A stretch of DNA of 64,000 nt from Saprospiraceae bacterium (GCA_026982695.1 JALSGS010000013.1:22133-86132); one strand, 5' to 3'. Shown: positions 1 to 9,970, counted from the first letter of the stretch. Notes: a model not told the origin generated them from the letters alone. Made by a program: numbers and translations.

Positions 1-343
1 ATGTAATAGGGATAGCGATGCGCCCACGCGTGTCGATATAGCCCCACTTATTGACTAAACGCACGCGTGCCAACCCCTCTTCAAAGTGCCCCACATAATT
101 AAAGACGTGCTTCATCAACAACCGCCCCAATGAGTCGAGTGGCACAGGTTTGTCATTGAGCCGTACGCGCGCAAAACCATTATAAAAATCTTCTACCTCG
201 AAATACTGCGGCTCGATCACTACCTCACCGCTGGCATCCATAAAGCCATATTTGCCATGTTCTCGTATTTTGAAAAGCGGTTTTCTCATCATCTGCTGAA
301 AAAAGGCCCGCGCTGAAGTGTGAATCGGTTGACTCATTTTCAT
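1..343 (-). CDS. WG (KWG-type) repeat-containing protein, N-terminal part; the gene continues beyond the window start
   Basis: Absent from the ORF track because it runs off the edge. My reverse-complement read from the ATG at 343..341 gives MKMSQPIHTSARAFFQQMMRKPLFKIREHGKYGFMDASGEVVIEPQYFEVEDFYNGFARVRLNDKPVPLDSLGRLLMKHVFNYVGHFEEGLARVRLVNKWGYIDTRGRIAIP. The recurring (K)(Y/W)G(F/Y)(M/I)D..G units are typical of WG-containing repeats. Confidence 0.6.
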   Translation of the reverse strand, partial: MKMSQPIHTSARAFFQQMMRKPLFKIREHGKYGFMDASGEVVIEPQYFEVEDFYNGFARVRLNDKPVPLDSLGRLLMKHVFNYVGHFEEGLARVRLVNKWGYIDTRGRIAIPIT

Positions 344-480
344 TGCTGTACGAGTTACGCAAGTATGTTTGTCGTTGATGCCGCACAAGTTACACAATTG
401 CCGCCTTTCTTGGGGCTACACAAAGGTAGGGTGCTGCCCTACAAATCACACTGGCAAGAGTAGTGCCGAAAGGCAAAAGG

Positions 481-852
481 TCAAATGACAGGCTCGCGCC
501 GTACTAAGGCCACATATGCTCCTGGCAGTTCGATGTAGCCCTGATCGTAGCAAAACAAGTAGACATTTCCCGACTTGGTGCGGTAAATATGGGTGTGATA
601 ACCGAAGTGAAATCCCTTTTCAGCCAAGCGGGCGCGCGGCAGCTTGATTTTGCCCGAAGGGTTGAGCTGAGCCAAAATATTCCGATTGCGCCGCAAGATT
701 CGGTTGATGGCTCGAATATATTTTTCGTCTATCCCACGTCTGCGATTGTGATAGCTACTGCGGCATTCAGCTGAGCAAAAGCGCTTATCTACCCTGCCCT
801 TTACAGGGCGATGGCATTCAGGGCATAGGCGTTTATTCTCGACACCATCCAT
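481..852 (-). CDS. Small conserved hypothetical protein with an N-terminal zinc-ribbon-like Cys cluster
   Basis: 123-aa ORF. It has CPECHRPV...FCSAECR (CxxC..CxxxC), then a basic helical segment (RRNRNILAQL) and a C-terminal beta-rich region. No specific family recognised. Confidence 0.55.
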   Translation of the reverse strand: MDGVENKRLCPECHRPVKGRVDKRFCSAECRSSYHNRRRGIDEKYIRAINRILRRNRNILAQLNPSGKIKLPRARLAEKGFHFGYHTHIYRTKSGNVYLFCYDQGYIELPGAYVALVRREPVI

Positions 853-1178
853 GACTATTAGGTTTTGGACTTTTGCTAAAATAAAAAATTGCGCTCAAAG
901 GCTATGACACATTTGCCTGTGTGGTTTTCTATTGCCCAAAAACTGTCGATCATGACTCTCAATAAGTCTCTTTAAGTAGACACTGCACAGTACTCACAGC
1001 CCTTTTCCCTTTTTTATTTTGCCTTCAGGCAACATTTGCTCCCTGTTTGGCATCTACAAGGCATGGTGCAAAAGCAGAAAAAAGCGATTTTTGTGCTACA
1101 TAATCCGCTTATAGAGGAGGTACCTACCCTAGCATTGTCAACTCAAAACCACTTTCACTGCACAATATTTGACATATT

Positions 1179-2882
1179 ATGTCATTCCCTATTCGGGCTA
1201 TAGTGTTATTTTTTTTGTGCATCGGACTGCTGAGTAGTGCTTGTCGTAAGGATTACGAGCTATTCATTCCACAACCGCCCAACACACACGCTCCAGGTCA
1301 ATTATTGAGTGGCGATGTTGCCGGACAAGTAATCGATGAGGGAGGCATGCCTGTAGCACATGCTCGAATACTCATGCCCGGTGGTATCTCTACTCGAAGC
1401 AATCCTCAAGGTCTTTTTCGGTTACGGCGAGTCTCTTTTACCGAAAGATATACTCCGATTGCGATCACACATCCTCAATACCATCGCTATGTAGGTTTTA
1501 TAGGAACTAGCCCCCAAGGCCTGGCCATTGTAAAGCCAGTGCTGTTAGGTGTAGAGCAACAAAGCACCTTTCACAGCAGTAATAGTGCAATGATCAGCTT
1601 GGGCCAAACCCACATCGAGCTACCGCCTGCAGCTGTAGCCACTACTGATGGAGTAGTTTTCTCAGGGCAAGTGCAGTGGCAAGTCAGCCAATGGGACAGC
1701 GGCGAACCTTTGCGCGGCTGGCCACTTCCCCTCGTACAGACACCTAGTGGTTTGTCCTTTGTCTATCCCTTCGGCATATGGGTATGGGCGCTCCAAGATA
1801 CACGGGGCCATGCCCTGGGGTTGCGCAGTGGCATCGCCGCACAAGCCCGCCTCCAGCTCAACGAGTCGCACATAGGGCCATTAGGCCAGGGCACGACACT
1901 GTATCACCTCGATACACTTAATGGGTTTTGGAAGCCCGCTACCACAGCTTCCTTGCAAGGCAATCAGCTCGAGGCAGTATTGCCCGCTACTGGCTACTGG
2001 ATGGCTGGGCAAACGGTACCTGCTACTTGGATCTCCGGTAAGCTACAAACAGCAGAAATGGTGCCCATCTCCCAACTACAAGTCCAAGTAGTGCTCGAAG
2101 ATGGATGGGTTATTGGCACCTTTCCGCTCCAATCCAACGGCAGCTTTGTAGCCTATATACCTGCTAACCGCCGAATCAATCTGCGTTTTACTGATGCATG
2201 TGGCCAGACTATCCACGAACGCGGGGTAGGTCCCTTTCAAGGTCCTACCCGCCTGGCGCCATTCACTGCCGACAATGTGCCTTCCAAATACCTACAAGGC
2301 CGATTACTTACTTGCCAGCAAGGCGAAGCTACCAGTGCCGAGGTGTCGTTTGAGACAGCGCAGCAAGCCCATGTGTGGCATAGCCAACCCGATGGCTATT
2401 TTCAAGGGTTTGGCAACAATTGCCTCAATACATGGGTTTTAGTCCAAGCCATTGACCCCGCCTCAGGCCTACGCAGTCTTCCACAGGTGATTCATTGGGA
2501 AGAAGAACTGGTCTTGCCACCTATGTCTCTGTGTGTGCAAGGCCAATCATGGATCTTCACCTCGCTGAATGGAGCCACTAGTGCGATCAAACAGTGGTCG
2601 CTCACTGCTAATAGCTTCTCATGGAAACTATCTGGCAGCACAGCCCAGGGCATTTTCTTTACGCTACAAGCCTCAGCTACTTCCCAACCCCACATTTACT
2701 CCTTGGCAGAGCACACGGCACAGATAGGTGAAATGGGATCTGTATATTTGGAAAACGGCCAATTGGTGCTCTTAGAATGGACCGAACAGCCCGAGGCACG
2801 CAAGCGCGGCTATTGGTGGGCCACTTTCCAGCTTAACGACAAAAACTATTACTACACAGGGGCTTTTCAGCTGCTACAGTAA
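1179..2882 (+). CDS. Hypothetical lipoprotein with an N-terminal carboxypeptidase-regulatory-like (CarboxypepD_reg) segment
   Basis: 567 aa. Lipoprotein-type signal MSFPIRAIVLFFLCIGLLSSAC. The segment VAGQVIDEGGMPVAHARILMPGGISTRSNPQGLFRLRRV resembles the beta-sandwich of CarboxypepD_reg domains. No other motif recognised. Confidence 0.6.
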   Translation: MSFPIRAIVLFFLCIGLLSSACRKDYELFIPQPPNTHAPGQLLSGDVAGQVIDEGGMPVAHARILMPGGISTRSNPQGLFRLRRVSFTERYTPIAITHPQYHRYVGFIGTSPQGLAIVKPVLLGVEQQSTFHSSNSAMISLGQTHIELPPAAVATTDGVVFSGQVQWQVSQWDSGEPLRGWPLPLVQTPSGLSFVYPFGIWVWALQDTRGHALGLRSGIAAQARLQLNESHIGPLGQGTTLYHLDTLNGFWKPATTASLQGNQLEAVLPATGYWMAGQTVPATWISGKLQTAEMVPISQLQVQVVLEDGWVIGTFPLQSNGSFVAYIPANRRINLRFTDACGQTIHERGVGPFQGPTRLAPFTADNVPSKYLQGRLLTCQQGEATSAEVSFETAQQAHVWHSQPDGYFQGFGNNCLNTWVLVQAIDPASGLRSLPQVIHWEEELVLPPMSLCVQGQSWIFTSLNGATSAIKQWSLTANSFSWKLSGSTAQGIFFTLQASATSQPHIYSLAEHTAQIGEMGSVYLENGQLVLLEWTEQPEARKRGYWWATFQLNDKNYYYTGAFQLLQ

Positions 2883-2987
2883 GATGATCCATGCCTTTTC
2901 TTTTGGCAGCTCCCCGTCCCGAGCATTTTTCTTTATCTACTTTTGCGCTAGCAAACAAATTTGCTGCCACCATCTCGTGGTGTCAAA

Positions 2988-3599
2988 ATGGCGCAATACA
3001 TGAAATGGACTATATTATTCATTAGCGCTTTGTGCGCAGGAGTACCCATCGGTGTATGGGCTCAAGATTCACTGAACTGTACGTTGGCTATCGATCAAAT
3101 TGACGAATTTGATTCAACCAGGCTAGTCGTCGCACAACCAGTCACCACAGGCATTCTCATACCTACTAAGAATCTCTCTGAAGAGTTGGATGGCCCTACC
3201 TTTACTGACGAGGCCAAGATTTTGGTCAGTTGGGCCGAAGGTACTGATAGCATTCAGTCGTTTTTCATCACTATTGTCACGCCCGAGTATGAATACATGA
3301 AAACTGAGGATGGTTATCACGTGTTTTTCAAACTCGACGACGGTACTTACATCAAGGTATGGAACGTAGCCCACAGAGCTGAGTACAACCGATCCCTATT
3401 AATGTGGATGTACTATCACACTTGTATCATTCCCCCCAGCACTTTCCACATGCTCCGCAGTGCCCGCATCGAAAAAATCAGAATCAACTATCCCACCTTG
3501 AAGAAAACCCTCAACCTCACGGGCCATGCCCAAGCCGAACTGCACCGAGCGCTCATGTGTGTATGGCAAGCTGTACGAGGTAAAGGGGAGAAACCGTAG
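2988..3599 (+). CDS. Hypothetical secreted protein
   Basis: The ORF 2961..3599 is trimmed to the ATG at 2988, giving the signal peptide MAQYMKWTILFISALCAGVPIGVWAQ. No recognisable domain. Confidence 0.5.
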   Translation: MAQYMKWTILFISALCAGVPIGVWAQDSLNCTLAIDQIDEFDSTRLVVAQPVTTGILIPTKNLSEELDGPTFTDEAKILVSWAEGTDSIQSFFITIVTPEYEYMKTEDGYHVFFKLDDGTYIKVWNVAHRAEYNRSLLMWMYYHTCIIPPSTFHMLRSARIEKIRINYPTLKKTLNLTGHAQAELHRALMCVWQAVRGKGEKP

Positions 3600-3629
3600 C
3601 TCATGATATACGGCCTCTCCCAGTACAGC

Positions 3630-4256
3630 TCACATGCTGAGTTTGTAGTTGTCTTTGACGAGTAAGTGTTCGAGGCCTGGTTGGAAGTGAGCATCTCCCT
3701 TTTGTGTCAAAACGGCATATTCATCTGCAATCACTTGCCCTTTCTTGTCGGTTTGTACATGGCGCAATATCAACTCCAAGTGATTGTCCAAGTCCAAGTC
3801 GGCCAGCCATGCCTCTTGATGATCGCAGCCCTGCTCGTCACACTCGTACCACGCCACATCGGCTACATGTTCTATCTTGCCTGTATCTTGATTGGCTCGG
3901 GCCACAATCAGCTTGCTATGGCGATCTTGCCCCTCAGTGCGCAGAATGATGAGCCCATCTTGTACCTGGTAACAAGCCCATAGGCCACCACTATCGAAAT
4001 AGTGACGCAAGGTGTCGTCGAGCAAGGTGAGCTGCTCTTGGGTGATCGGCTCACCGCGATAAGGGTAAGACGTATCAGCAGCTATATCTATAGCAGGAAA
4101 TAGATGCATCTTCACCACTACGACAGGCTTGAACTGTTCCACAAAATCGCGCAAAGCAGCCTGTGGTTTCTTTGGCTGAGGTACGGTACGTGTGCAGGCG
4201 AAAAAGCCTACAATTGTTACTACCACACCCCACAAAATGGAAGTTTGGACTTTCAT
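3630..4256 (-). CDS. Hypothetical lipoprotein
   Basis: The ORF 3630..4322 is trimmed to the internal ATG at 4256, giving MKVQTSILWGVVVTIVGFFAC (lipobox-like). No recognisable domain. Confidence 0.5.
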   Translation of the reverse strand: MKVQTSILWGVVVTIVGFFACTRTVPQPKKPQAALRDFVEQFKPVVVVKMHLFPAIDIAADTSYPYRGEPITQEQLTLLDDTLRHYFDSGGLWACYQVQDGLIILRTEGQDRHSKLIVARANQDTGKIEHVADVAWYECDEQGCDHQEAWLADLDLDNHLELILRHVQTDKKGQVIADEYAVLTQKGDAHFQPGLEHLLVKDNYKLSM

Positions 4257-4393
4257 TGTTTTTCGATTTTGTTGAAAAAGCACTTTACACACCTGCCCTA
4301 TAAAGAAGAGCCTTGTGCGCATTGTTCGTTACTGATCCAAGTGTAGGGTATTCAATCAACACGCTGCTCCTTTTTGGCATTGCTACAGCGCGC

Positions 4394-6388
4394 TCACCAA
4401 TCGAGTCTATTTATAAAGTCTTTTCCATAAATGAGCTCATAATGGCCTTGATGTAGATCGTCTCCTACTGGCTCATATCGGCCTGCGAGATGTTGTGACA
4501 AAAATTGTTCGCATATTGCCCAAAAGGCAATCCATTCCGTACTTCGTCGCCGACTGTTCAGCAATTCAGGCAACACCAAATATATTACATCTCTGTCTGC
4601 TTGGGCAAGTGTTCGAGCAAAAGCATCGATCTGCTGACGCAGCCCCGAGACTTCCTGCCCATTTGGTACAATAAGCAATAAAGGTGCATTGATTTGACCC
4701 ACATGATGTGTGGATGAAAGTTCTTGCAACAGCTTGGTTCCAGCTTCTGTGTAGGCATTGTCCATCCATTTGCGCCAAGGGCTCGAATCAGTTGAAGTCC
4801 TATGGCTAAAGGCATTCAGATCGGCGGGGGCATACATAGCTATGCCACATCGAAAGCGATTACTGGCTTGCGACAACACCCAAGCCACTTCATAGGCACT
4901 ATGCCCACACCCCCACAGGGCCATTTTGTCGGGATGTGCAATTTTTTGATTTTCAGCCCAGTCTATAATTGTCATAATATCTTGATACTGTAGGCTATCC
5001 CACTGTGGCTTGTTTTTTCCTGCCAGTAGATATTCTGCTCTTGTCGTTCTCCGAAGCTCACAGACCACCACTGCATAGCCTCTATTGGCCAACAACTGAA
5101 AGTGGCGCAAGTAATCCCAGTTATTCCAATGGGCAACTTCCTTCCACAGGCCATCATGTATGTAAAAGACGGTGGGCAAAGGCTCGCGAGGAATTCCGTC
5201 GTTGTTCAGGTCACTTTGAGGTGGCAAATACACATGTACGGGCAATGCCACGCTATCAGGAGTAGATACTGTCCACACATGACGCCGCCCTAAGAGGGTT
5301 GTGTCGAGTTGTGGGTGTGTCTGAAACAACGCATAGAGGCGTTGTCTTCTGCGATCCCAGGTATAGTATCGAGGCGGCATACCGTCGAGTTTGCGCACCA
5401 ACCACATGCTATCGTTTTGGGTAGTAGCTACCCACTCCACCGATCGTCCTGCCAAGCTATCAAGTAGGGAAAAATCTTTTACTACGGTAGAGTCGACGAT
5501 ATGGCGCTTGATATCTGCCCAACGTGCAACTACTGCCTGTACCTGCCCTTCTGATGCAACTGTGGCTCCCCACGGTAAGATATCAGCCTGATCATCTTGC
5601 GCCAGCTTATCTAAAGTACGCGTATCACGCGTATAGCGCCACAAGACGGTCTTGTCGCGCCCTTCATTGTCGGTAAAATACACATACTTGCCTTGAGCAT
5701 CTACAGCGACTATGTGCTGTAGGCTTCCCTTTAGCATGGTGAGATCGACTGGGTAGTAGCCCAGTGTATCCCATGTAGGACCTTGCTTGGCCAATAGCAA
5801 TCTTCCACCTTGGCCATCACTTTGTTCGGCAGCTACCAGATTGAACATGCGGTCGAACCACATCCGCTCCATTTGGGGCCAGCGCCCCAAACGCTTGGGT
5901 CGGCTTCCCCACAAATCCAACAGCCACACTCCTGAGTATTTGGCTTCTTTTGCCGAAAGGTGCATAGCGACTTTATTGGGGATCAGTTCACTTGTTCCCC
6001 ACAGTTGTGCTTCGGTTAAAGGAAAAGGCGTCACCTCCTTCAACTTGCCTGCACGCCAGTATAGCAACTGCTGATCGGCATGCCGGCCTACAACTGCCAA
6101 CACGCCACCTTCGGGAACCACCCAGTAGTGCACCAGCGTATCGGGAAGTGCCACTGCATGTTCGTAACGGCTGTTGTGTACATTGGTGTAAAAGAGCGAA
6201 TCAGGTGCATTGGGGCGCACATACCACACATAGCGGCCTTGTGTACCCAATTGCACTTGAGTGTAGTGAGGAGGAGCAAAAAAGTCAGTTCTGGGCAACA
6301 GCCGACGAGCATTAGCTGACTGACTATTGGCCGAGAAAGCCGTTGTCAGAAACGCAATCCACAACCATATCACGTGATGGAATCTCAT
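4394..6388 (-). CDS. S9 (prolyl oligopeptidase / acylaminoacyl peptidase)-like alpha/beta-hydrolase with an N-terminal beta-propeller; the catalytic triad looks degenerate
   Basis: Start trimmed to MRFHHVIWLWIAFLTTAFSANSQ (signal peptide). The C-terminal region has S9 layout: IHDGLW..., nucleophile elbow LWGCGHSAYEV, and LLLIVPNGQEVSG where PxLxxHGxxDxxV is expected. Details are in the findings. Confidence 0.65.
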   Translation of the reverse strand: MRFHHVIWLWIAFLTTAFSANSQSANARRLLPRTDFFAPPHYTQVQLGTQGRYVWYVRPNAPDSLFYTNVHNSRYEHAVALPDTLVHYWVVPEGGVLAVVGRHADQQLLYWRAGKLKEVTPFPLTEAQLWGTSELIPNKVAMHLSAKEAKYSGVWLLDLWGSRPKRLGRWPQMERMWFDRMFNLVAAEQSDGQGGRLLLAKQGPTWDTLGYYPVDLTMLKGSLQHIVAVDAQGKYVYFTDNEGRDKTVLWRYTRDTRTLDKLAQDDQADILPWGATVASEGQVQAVVARWADIKRHIVDSTVVKDFSLLDSLAGRSVEWVATTQNDSMWLVRKLDGMPPRYYTWDRRRQRLYALFQTHPQLDTTLLGRRHVWTVSTPDSVALPVHVYLPPQSDLNNDGIPREPLPTVFYIHDGLWKEVAHWNNWDYLRHFQLLANRGYAVVVCELRRTTRAEYLLAGKNKPQWDSLQYQDIMTIIDWAENQKIAHPDKMALWGCGHSAYEVAWVLSQASNRFRCGIAMYAPADLNAFSHRTSTDSSPWRKWMDNAYTEAGTKLLQELSSTHHVGQINAPLLLIVPNGQEVSGLRQQIDAFARTLAQADRDVIYLVLPELLNSRRRSTEWIAFWAICEQFLSQHLAGRYEPVGDDLHQGHYELIYGKDFINRLDW

Positions 6389-6615
6389 TGCTGGCTTTTT
6401 TGTGCTGAGCAAAAATGAAAAAAATACGTGCAACACGCAGCAACATGCAAACTTTTATTACTGGCGGACAGCTTGGAGCAGTAGCACATATCCATAACAT
6501 TTTGCCTTATGCTCAGCCAGCAGCCAAGAAAATGGGTGGTACATCTTTTCAAGTGAACAATCGATTTATCTTTCCCCCGAACTTATGCACACCTTTCAAC
6601 TATAATCAATCGCAA

Positions 6616-7641
6616 ATGGAATGCATCAACTTGATAAGTGACACCGTCACGCGGCCTACTCCCGAGATGTTGGAAGCTATGATGCAAGCTGAAGTAGGCG
6701 ACGACGTATTTGGTCAAGATCCCACTGTAAACCGCCTGCAGGAAAAAGTGGCAGCTATGTTTGGCAAAGAAGCTGCATTGTTCTGCCCATCTGGTACCAT
6801 GACCAACCAACTAGCCATTAAAGTGCATACTCAACCATTAGACGAAGTAATCTGTGCCCACGATGCCCACGTGTTTCAATACGAAACGGGGGGATACGCC
6901 TTTCACTCAGGAGTGGCTATCAACCCATTAGCAGCTACACATGGCAAGCTCAGGGCCGAACAAATAGCTGCTGCGATCAAGCCACATCAGGATTGGCTGC
7001 CACGCACGCGTCTGGTAGTGCTCGAAAACACGACTAACAAAGGTGGTGGTGCCTACTATACTCTTGAGGAAGTGACCCCCATACGCGCACTGTGCGACCA
7101 GCACGGATTAAAGCTACATCTAGATGGTGCACGCTTATTTAATGCATTGGTCGAAACAAACGAACCGGTAGCTGCATGGGGTGCATTGTTCGACACGATT
7201 AGTATTTGCCTGTCTAAAGGATTAGGGGCACCGGTTGGGTCATTACTCATTGGAAGTGCTGAGTGCATTGCGCAAGCCCGTCGTTTTCGAAAAGTCATGG
7301 GAGGTGGCTGGCGCCAAGCCGGCTATTTAGCCGCAGCAGGCATATATGCATTGGATCGCCACGTAGACCGGCTCAAAGAAGATAATGCGCACGCACACCG
7401 AATTGGTGCACTGCTGGCGCAATTGCCATGGGTACACAGCGTAAAGCCCGTACAGACCAATATCATTATTTTCGATCTAGTTAATGAGTTCACTGCTGAA
7501 GACTTTCTGCAGCGGCTCAAAACACACGGCATCTTGGCAGCGCCTTTCGGACGGCACACTGTGCGCTTCGTACTACATCTGGACATCACTTCCTCTATGG
7601 TCGACCGAGTGATACAAGTACTTAAGTCTTTTTCATGGTAG
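6616..7641 (+). CDS. ltaE: Low-specificity L-threonine aldolase (PLP-dependent)
   Basis: Motifs: [60 protein letters not shown], and the PLP lysine motif [14 protein letters not shown]. Start moved to MECINLISD (6616). The 67-aa upstream extension overlaps the divergent gene and has no homology signal. Confidence 0.85.
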   Translation: MECINLISDTVTRPTPEMLEAMMQAEVGDDVFGQDPTVNRLQEKVAAMFGKEAALFCPSGTMTNQLAIKVHTQPLDEVICAHDAHVFQYETGGYAFHSGVAINPLAATHGKLRAEQIAAAIKPHQDWLPRTRLVVLENTTNKGGGAYYTLEEVTPIRALCDQHGLKLHLDGARLFNALVETNEPVAAWGALFDTISICLSKGLGAPVGSLLIGSAECIAQARRFRKVMGGGWRQAGYLAAAGIYALDRHVDRLKEDNAHAHRIGALLAQLPWVHSVKPVQTNIIIFDLVNEFTAEDFLQRLKTHGILAAPFGRHTVRFVLHLDITSSMVDRVIQVLKSFSW

Positions 7642-7663
7642 TTGTAGCAGTGGATTCAAACGA

Positions 7664-7702
7664 ATAGTCCCCTCTTCAACGCGACCATAAAGAGGGGACT
7701 AT
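7664..7702. terminator. 13-bp perfect hairpin between convergent genes (likely a bidirectional terminator)
   Basis: ATAGTCCCCTCTT-(13 nt loop)-AAGAGGGGACTAT lies between the ltaE stop (7641) and the nuclease gene stop (7740). The flanking U-tract is weak. Confidence 0.55.
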
Positions 7703-7739
7703 CAATACTTCTAGCTTCATACATTCGTATGCTCGCACA

Positions 7740-8321
7740 CTATTTTACCTTTCTACGATTGATTTCATCGCGAATGCGGGCAGCTTCTTCGTAGTTTTCC
7801 TTTTCAAGCACCGAACGCAGGCGCTTTTCCAACTCTTCCAAGGTCAAATCAGCCAGTGACTGTCTAGCACGTGGGGCACGCCGGCGCGTCGTAGCCTTAT
7901 TCTCTTCTACATCTTCTAGCTCAACTCCTGCCGAATCCAGGATAAATTCGTAGGTATAAATGGGGCAATCAAATCGCACAGCTAAAGCCAAGGCATCAGA
8001 AGTACGCGAGTCTATCTCATATACTTGCCCGTCGTGCTCACACACAAGCAACGCATAGAATATGCCGTCGAGCAAGTTATTGATAATCACTTCACGCAAT
8101 GTAATACCAAAGGTATCCAGGGCATTTTTGAACAAGTCATGAGTTAATGGGCGATTAGGCGTCATATGCTCCAAAGCTACCGCTATGGCCTGGGCTTCGA
8201 AACCACCAATCACGATGGGCAAGCGCCGCGTCCCCCCCTTTTCTCCAAGAATTACTGCATAGTTTTGCGATTGAGACATACTATGCGACAAGGCCACAAT
8301 TTCCAATTCTTTCTTTTCCAT
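7740..8321 (-). CDS. Bifunctional nuclease family protein (DUF151) with a C-terminal UVR motif
   Basis: Motifs: RRLPIVIGGFEAQAIAVALEHMTPNRPLTHDLF..., and the C-terminal LEELEKRLRSVLEKENYEEAARIRDEINRRK (UvrB/UvrC-type UVR). Start trimmed to MEKKELEIV. Confidence 0.85.
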   Translation of the reverse strand: MEKKELEIVALSHSMSQSQNYAVILGEKGGTRRLPIVIGGFEAQAIAVALEHMTPNRPLTHDLFKNALDTFGITLREVIINNLLDGIFYALLVCEHDGQVYEIDSRTSDALALAVRFDCPIYTYEFILDSAGVELEDVEENKATTRRRAPRARQSLADLTLEELEKRLRSVLEKENYEEAARIRDEINRRKVK

Positions 8322-8534
8322 ACTTAGCACATTATTCACATGTGAATAGCACGTAACAATCCGGCTTTGCACTCAATTGTCTTATTCGGCAAGTTACTCC
8401 GGAGCGCTCAAAATCTCCAAACCTTCTACCTCAATATCCTACAATGCAAAACTAAAACGTTTGTTTCCCCTTAGAGTTGAAGCTACTCTCTTCGTTCATT
8501 TACGCATAGCAAAGGTAAGGCAAGCATGCAATCC

Positions 8535-8567
8535 AAAAAAGGCAGCTCTCATCTTCAGAGAACTGCC
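8535..8567 (-). terminator. Orphan rho-independent terminator on the minus strand
   Basis: The minus strand reads GGCAGTTCTC-TGAAGAT-GAGAGCTGCC followed by TTTTTT. That is a 10-bp stem with 1 mismatch, a 7-nt loop and a U6 tail. No annotated minus-strand gene lies upstream of it. Confidence 0.65.
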
Positions 8568-8762
8568 TCTACTCTCACTAGTTATGAAACTTAAAATGCG
8601 ACGTCTAGCTCCAGCTGTTATGTGTTTGCTCAAGCAATGGCTCAATTGTACCGAACATTTTAGTTATGGATTTCAAATTTAGCGCCTTTTTCTTTGCAAG
8701 GGAACCCATTCTTTGGTGTAAGAATGACATTCACTTTTTTGTTCAAAAATTACAACACAAAA

Positions 8763-9305
8763 ATGATCACCATTATTGCCTCTACCAATAGAAAAAAGAG
8801 TGGTGCCAAACAATTTGCCTCGTATTATCAGCAGAAGTTGCAAAGCATGACCCAAGAAGAGGTGCACCTACTGGCTTTGGAAGACATTGCCCACGACTGG
8901 TTTCACCCCGACATGTACAGTCCAGAGAAGCAATCACCTACGCTACGCGCCCTCCAAGAACAATTCATTTTGCCAGCCAGTAAGTTTGTGTTTGTCGTTC
9001 CCGAATACAATGGTGGATTTCCTGGTGTGCTCAAGCTCTTTATCGATGCCATTTCCATATACAAGTATCGCGACAGTTTTCAAGGCAAAAAGGCGGCCTT
9101 GGTAGGTATAGCCACAGGGCGTGCAGGCAATTTGCGCGGCATGGAGCACCTCACTGGTATTCTCAATCACCTGGGGATCATCGTGCTACCCAACAGGCTA
9201 CCTATTTCATCCATAGAAAAGCTATTAGATGCGCAAGGGCAACTAATCGATCAAGCCACACGGGCAGCCATCGACACGCAGTTATCGGAGTTTCTACTTT
9301 TCTGA
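8763..9305 (+). CDS. NAD(P)H-dependent FMN reductase family oxidoreductase
   Basis: Motifs: MITIIASTNRKKSGAKQFA... and VVPEYNGGFPGVLKLFIDA, typical of the flavodoxin-like FMN_red family. Start trimmed to the ATG at 8763. Confidence 0.8.
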   Translation: MITIIASTNRKKSGAKQFASYYQQKLQSMTQEEVHLLALEDIAHDWFHPDMYSPEKQSPTLRALQEQFILPASKFVFVVPEYNGGFPGVLKLFIDAISIYKYRDSFQGKKAALVGIATGRAGNLRGMEHLTGILNHLGIIVLPNRLPISSIEKLLDAQGQLIDQATRAAIDTQLSEFLLF

Positions 9306-9421
9306 CATACACCAAAAAGTGCTGCAAGCGCATCTGGCAAGTAGAGGAGTTACCTAGCGTGCACAAAGGATTGCTCATAATGCGTCTCTCGGCCAATACT
9401 TAGCTAGCAACTAATTGCTCA

Positions 9422-9970
9422 GTGACAAAGCAGCTCGAACAAATCATAAAAGATTGCAAACAAGGCGATCGCCAAGCGCAACGCCAGTTATACGAGCAAT
9501 TTGCACCGGCCATGTTTGCCCTACTACGCCGCTACGTAAGAGACGTGCAAATAGCTGAAGACCTGCTGATAGAAGGCTTTTTTAAAGTATTGACTCGGCT
9601 AGCACAATACAATGGCCAAGGCAGCTTTGAAGGGTGGCTGCGAAGAATCTTCGTCAACGAAGCACTCATGTATTTGCGCAAACAAAAAATCTCTTGGAAG
9701 AGAACCGAAGAAATCTCCGAACAGCACTTTAGTCAGATGCCTTCAGTGGAAAATCAACTAAATGCTAAGGAAATAATGGCGCTACTCGATGAACTGCCTG
9801 TAGGATACCGAACTGTATTTAACCTCTATGCATTAGAAGGGTTCAAACACCGAGAAATTGCACAAATGCTTGGCATCAGCATCAACACTTCCAAATCGCA
9901 GCTCATTTTAGCCCGAAAACGGCTACAGCAATTATTGGCTCAGAGGTTAGGCTACAAAAGAAAAAATTAG
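9422..9970 (+). CDS. RNA polymerase ECF-type sigma-70 factor
   Basis: Region 2 (LIEGFFKVLTRLAQYNGQGSFEGWLRRIFVNEALMYLRK) and region 4 HTH (YRTVFNLYALEGFKHREIAQMLGISINTSKSQLILARKRLQ). GTG start. Confidence 0.85.
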   Translation: MTKQLEQIIKDCKQGDRQAQRQLYEQFAPAMFALLRRYVRDVQIAEDLLIEGFFKVLTRLAQYNGQGSFEGWLRRIFVNEALMYLRKQKISWKRTEEISEQHFSQMPSVENQLNAKEIMALLDELPVGYRTVFNLYALEGFKHREIAQMLGISINTSKSQLILARKRLQQLLAQRLGYKRKN

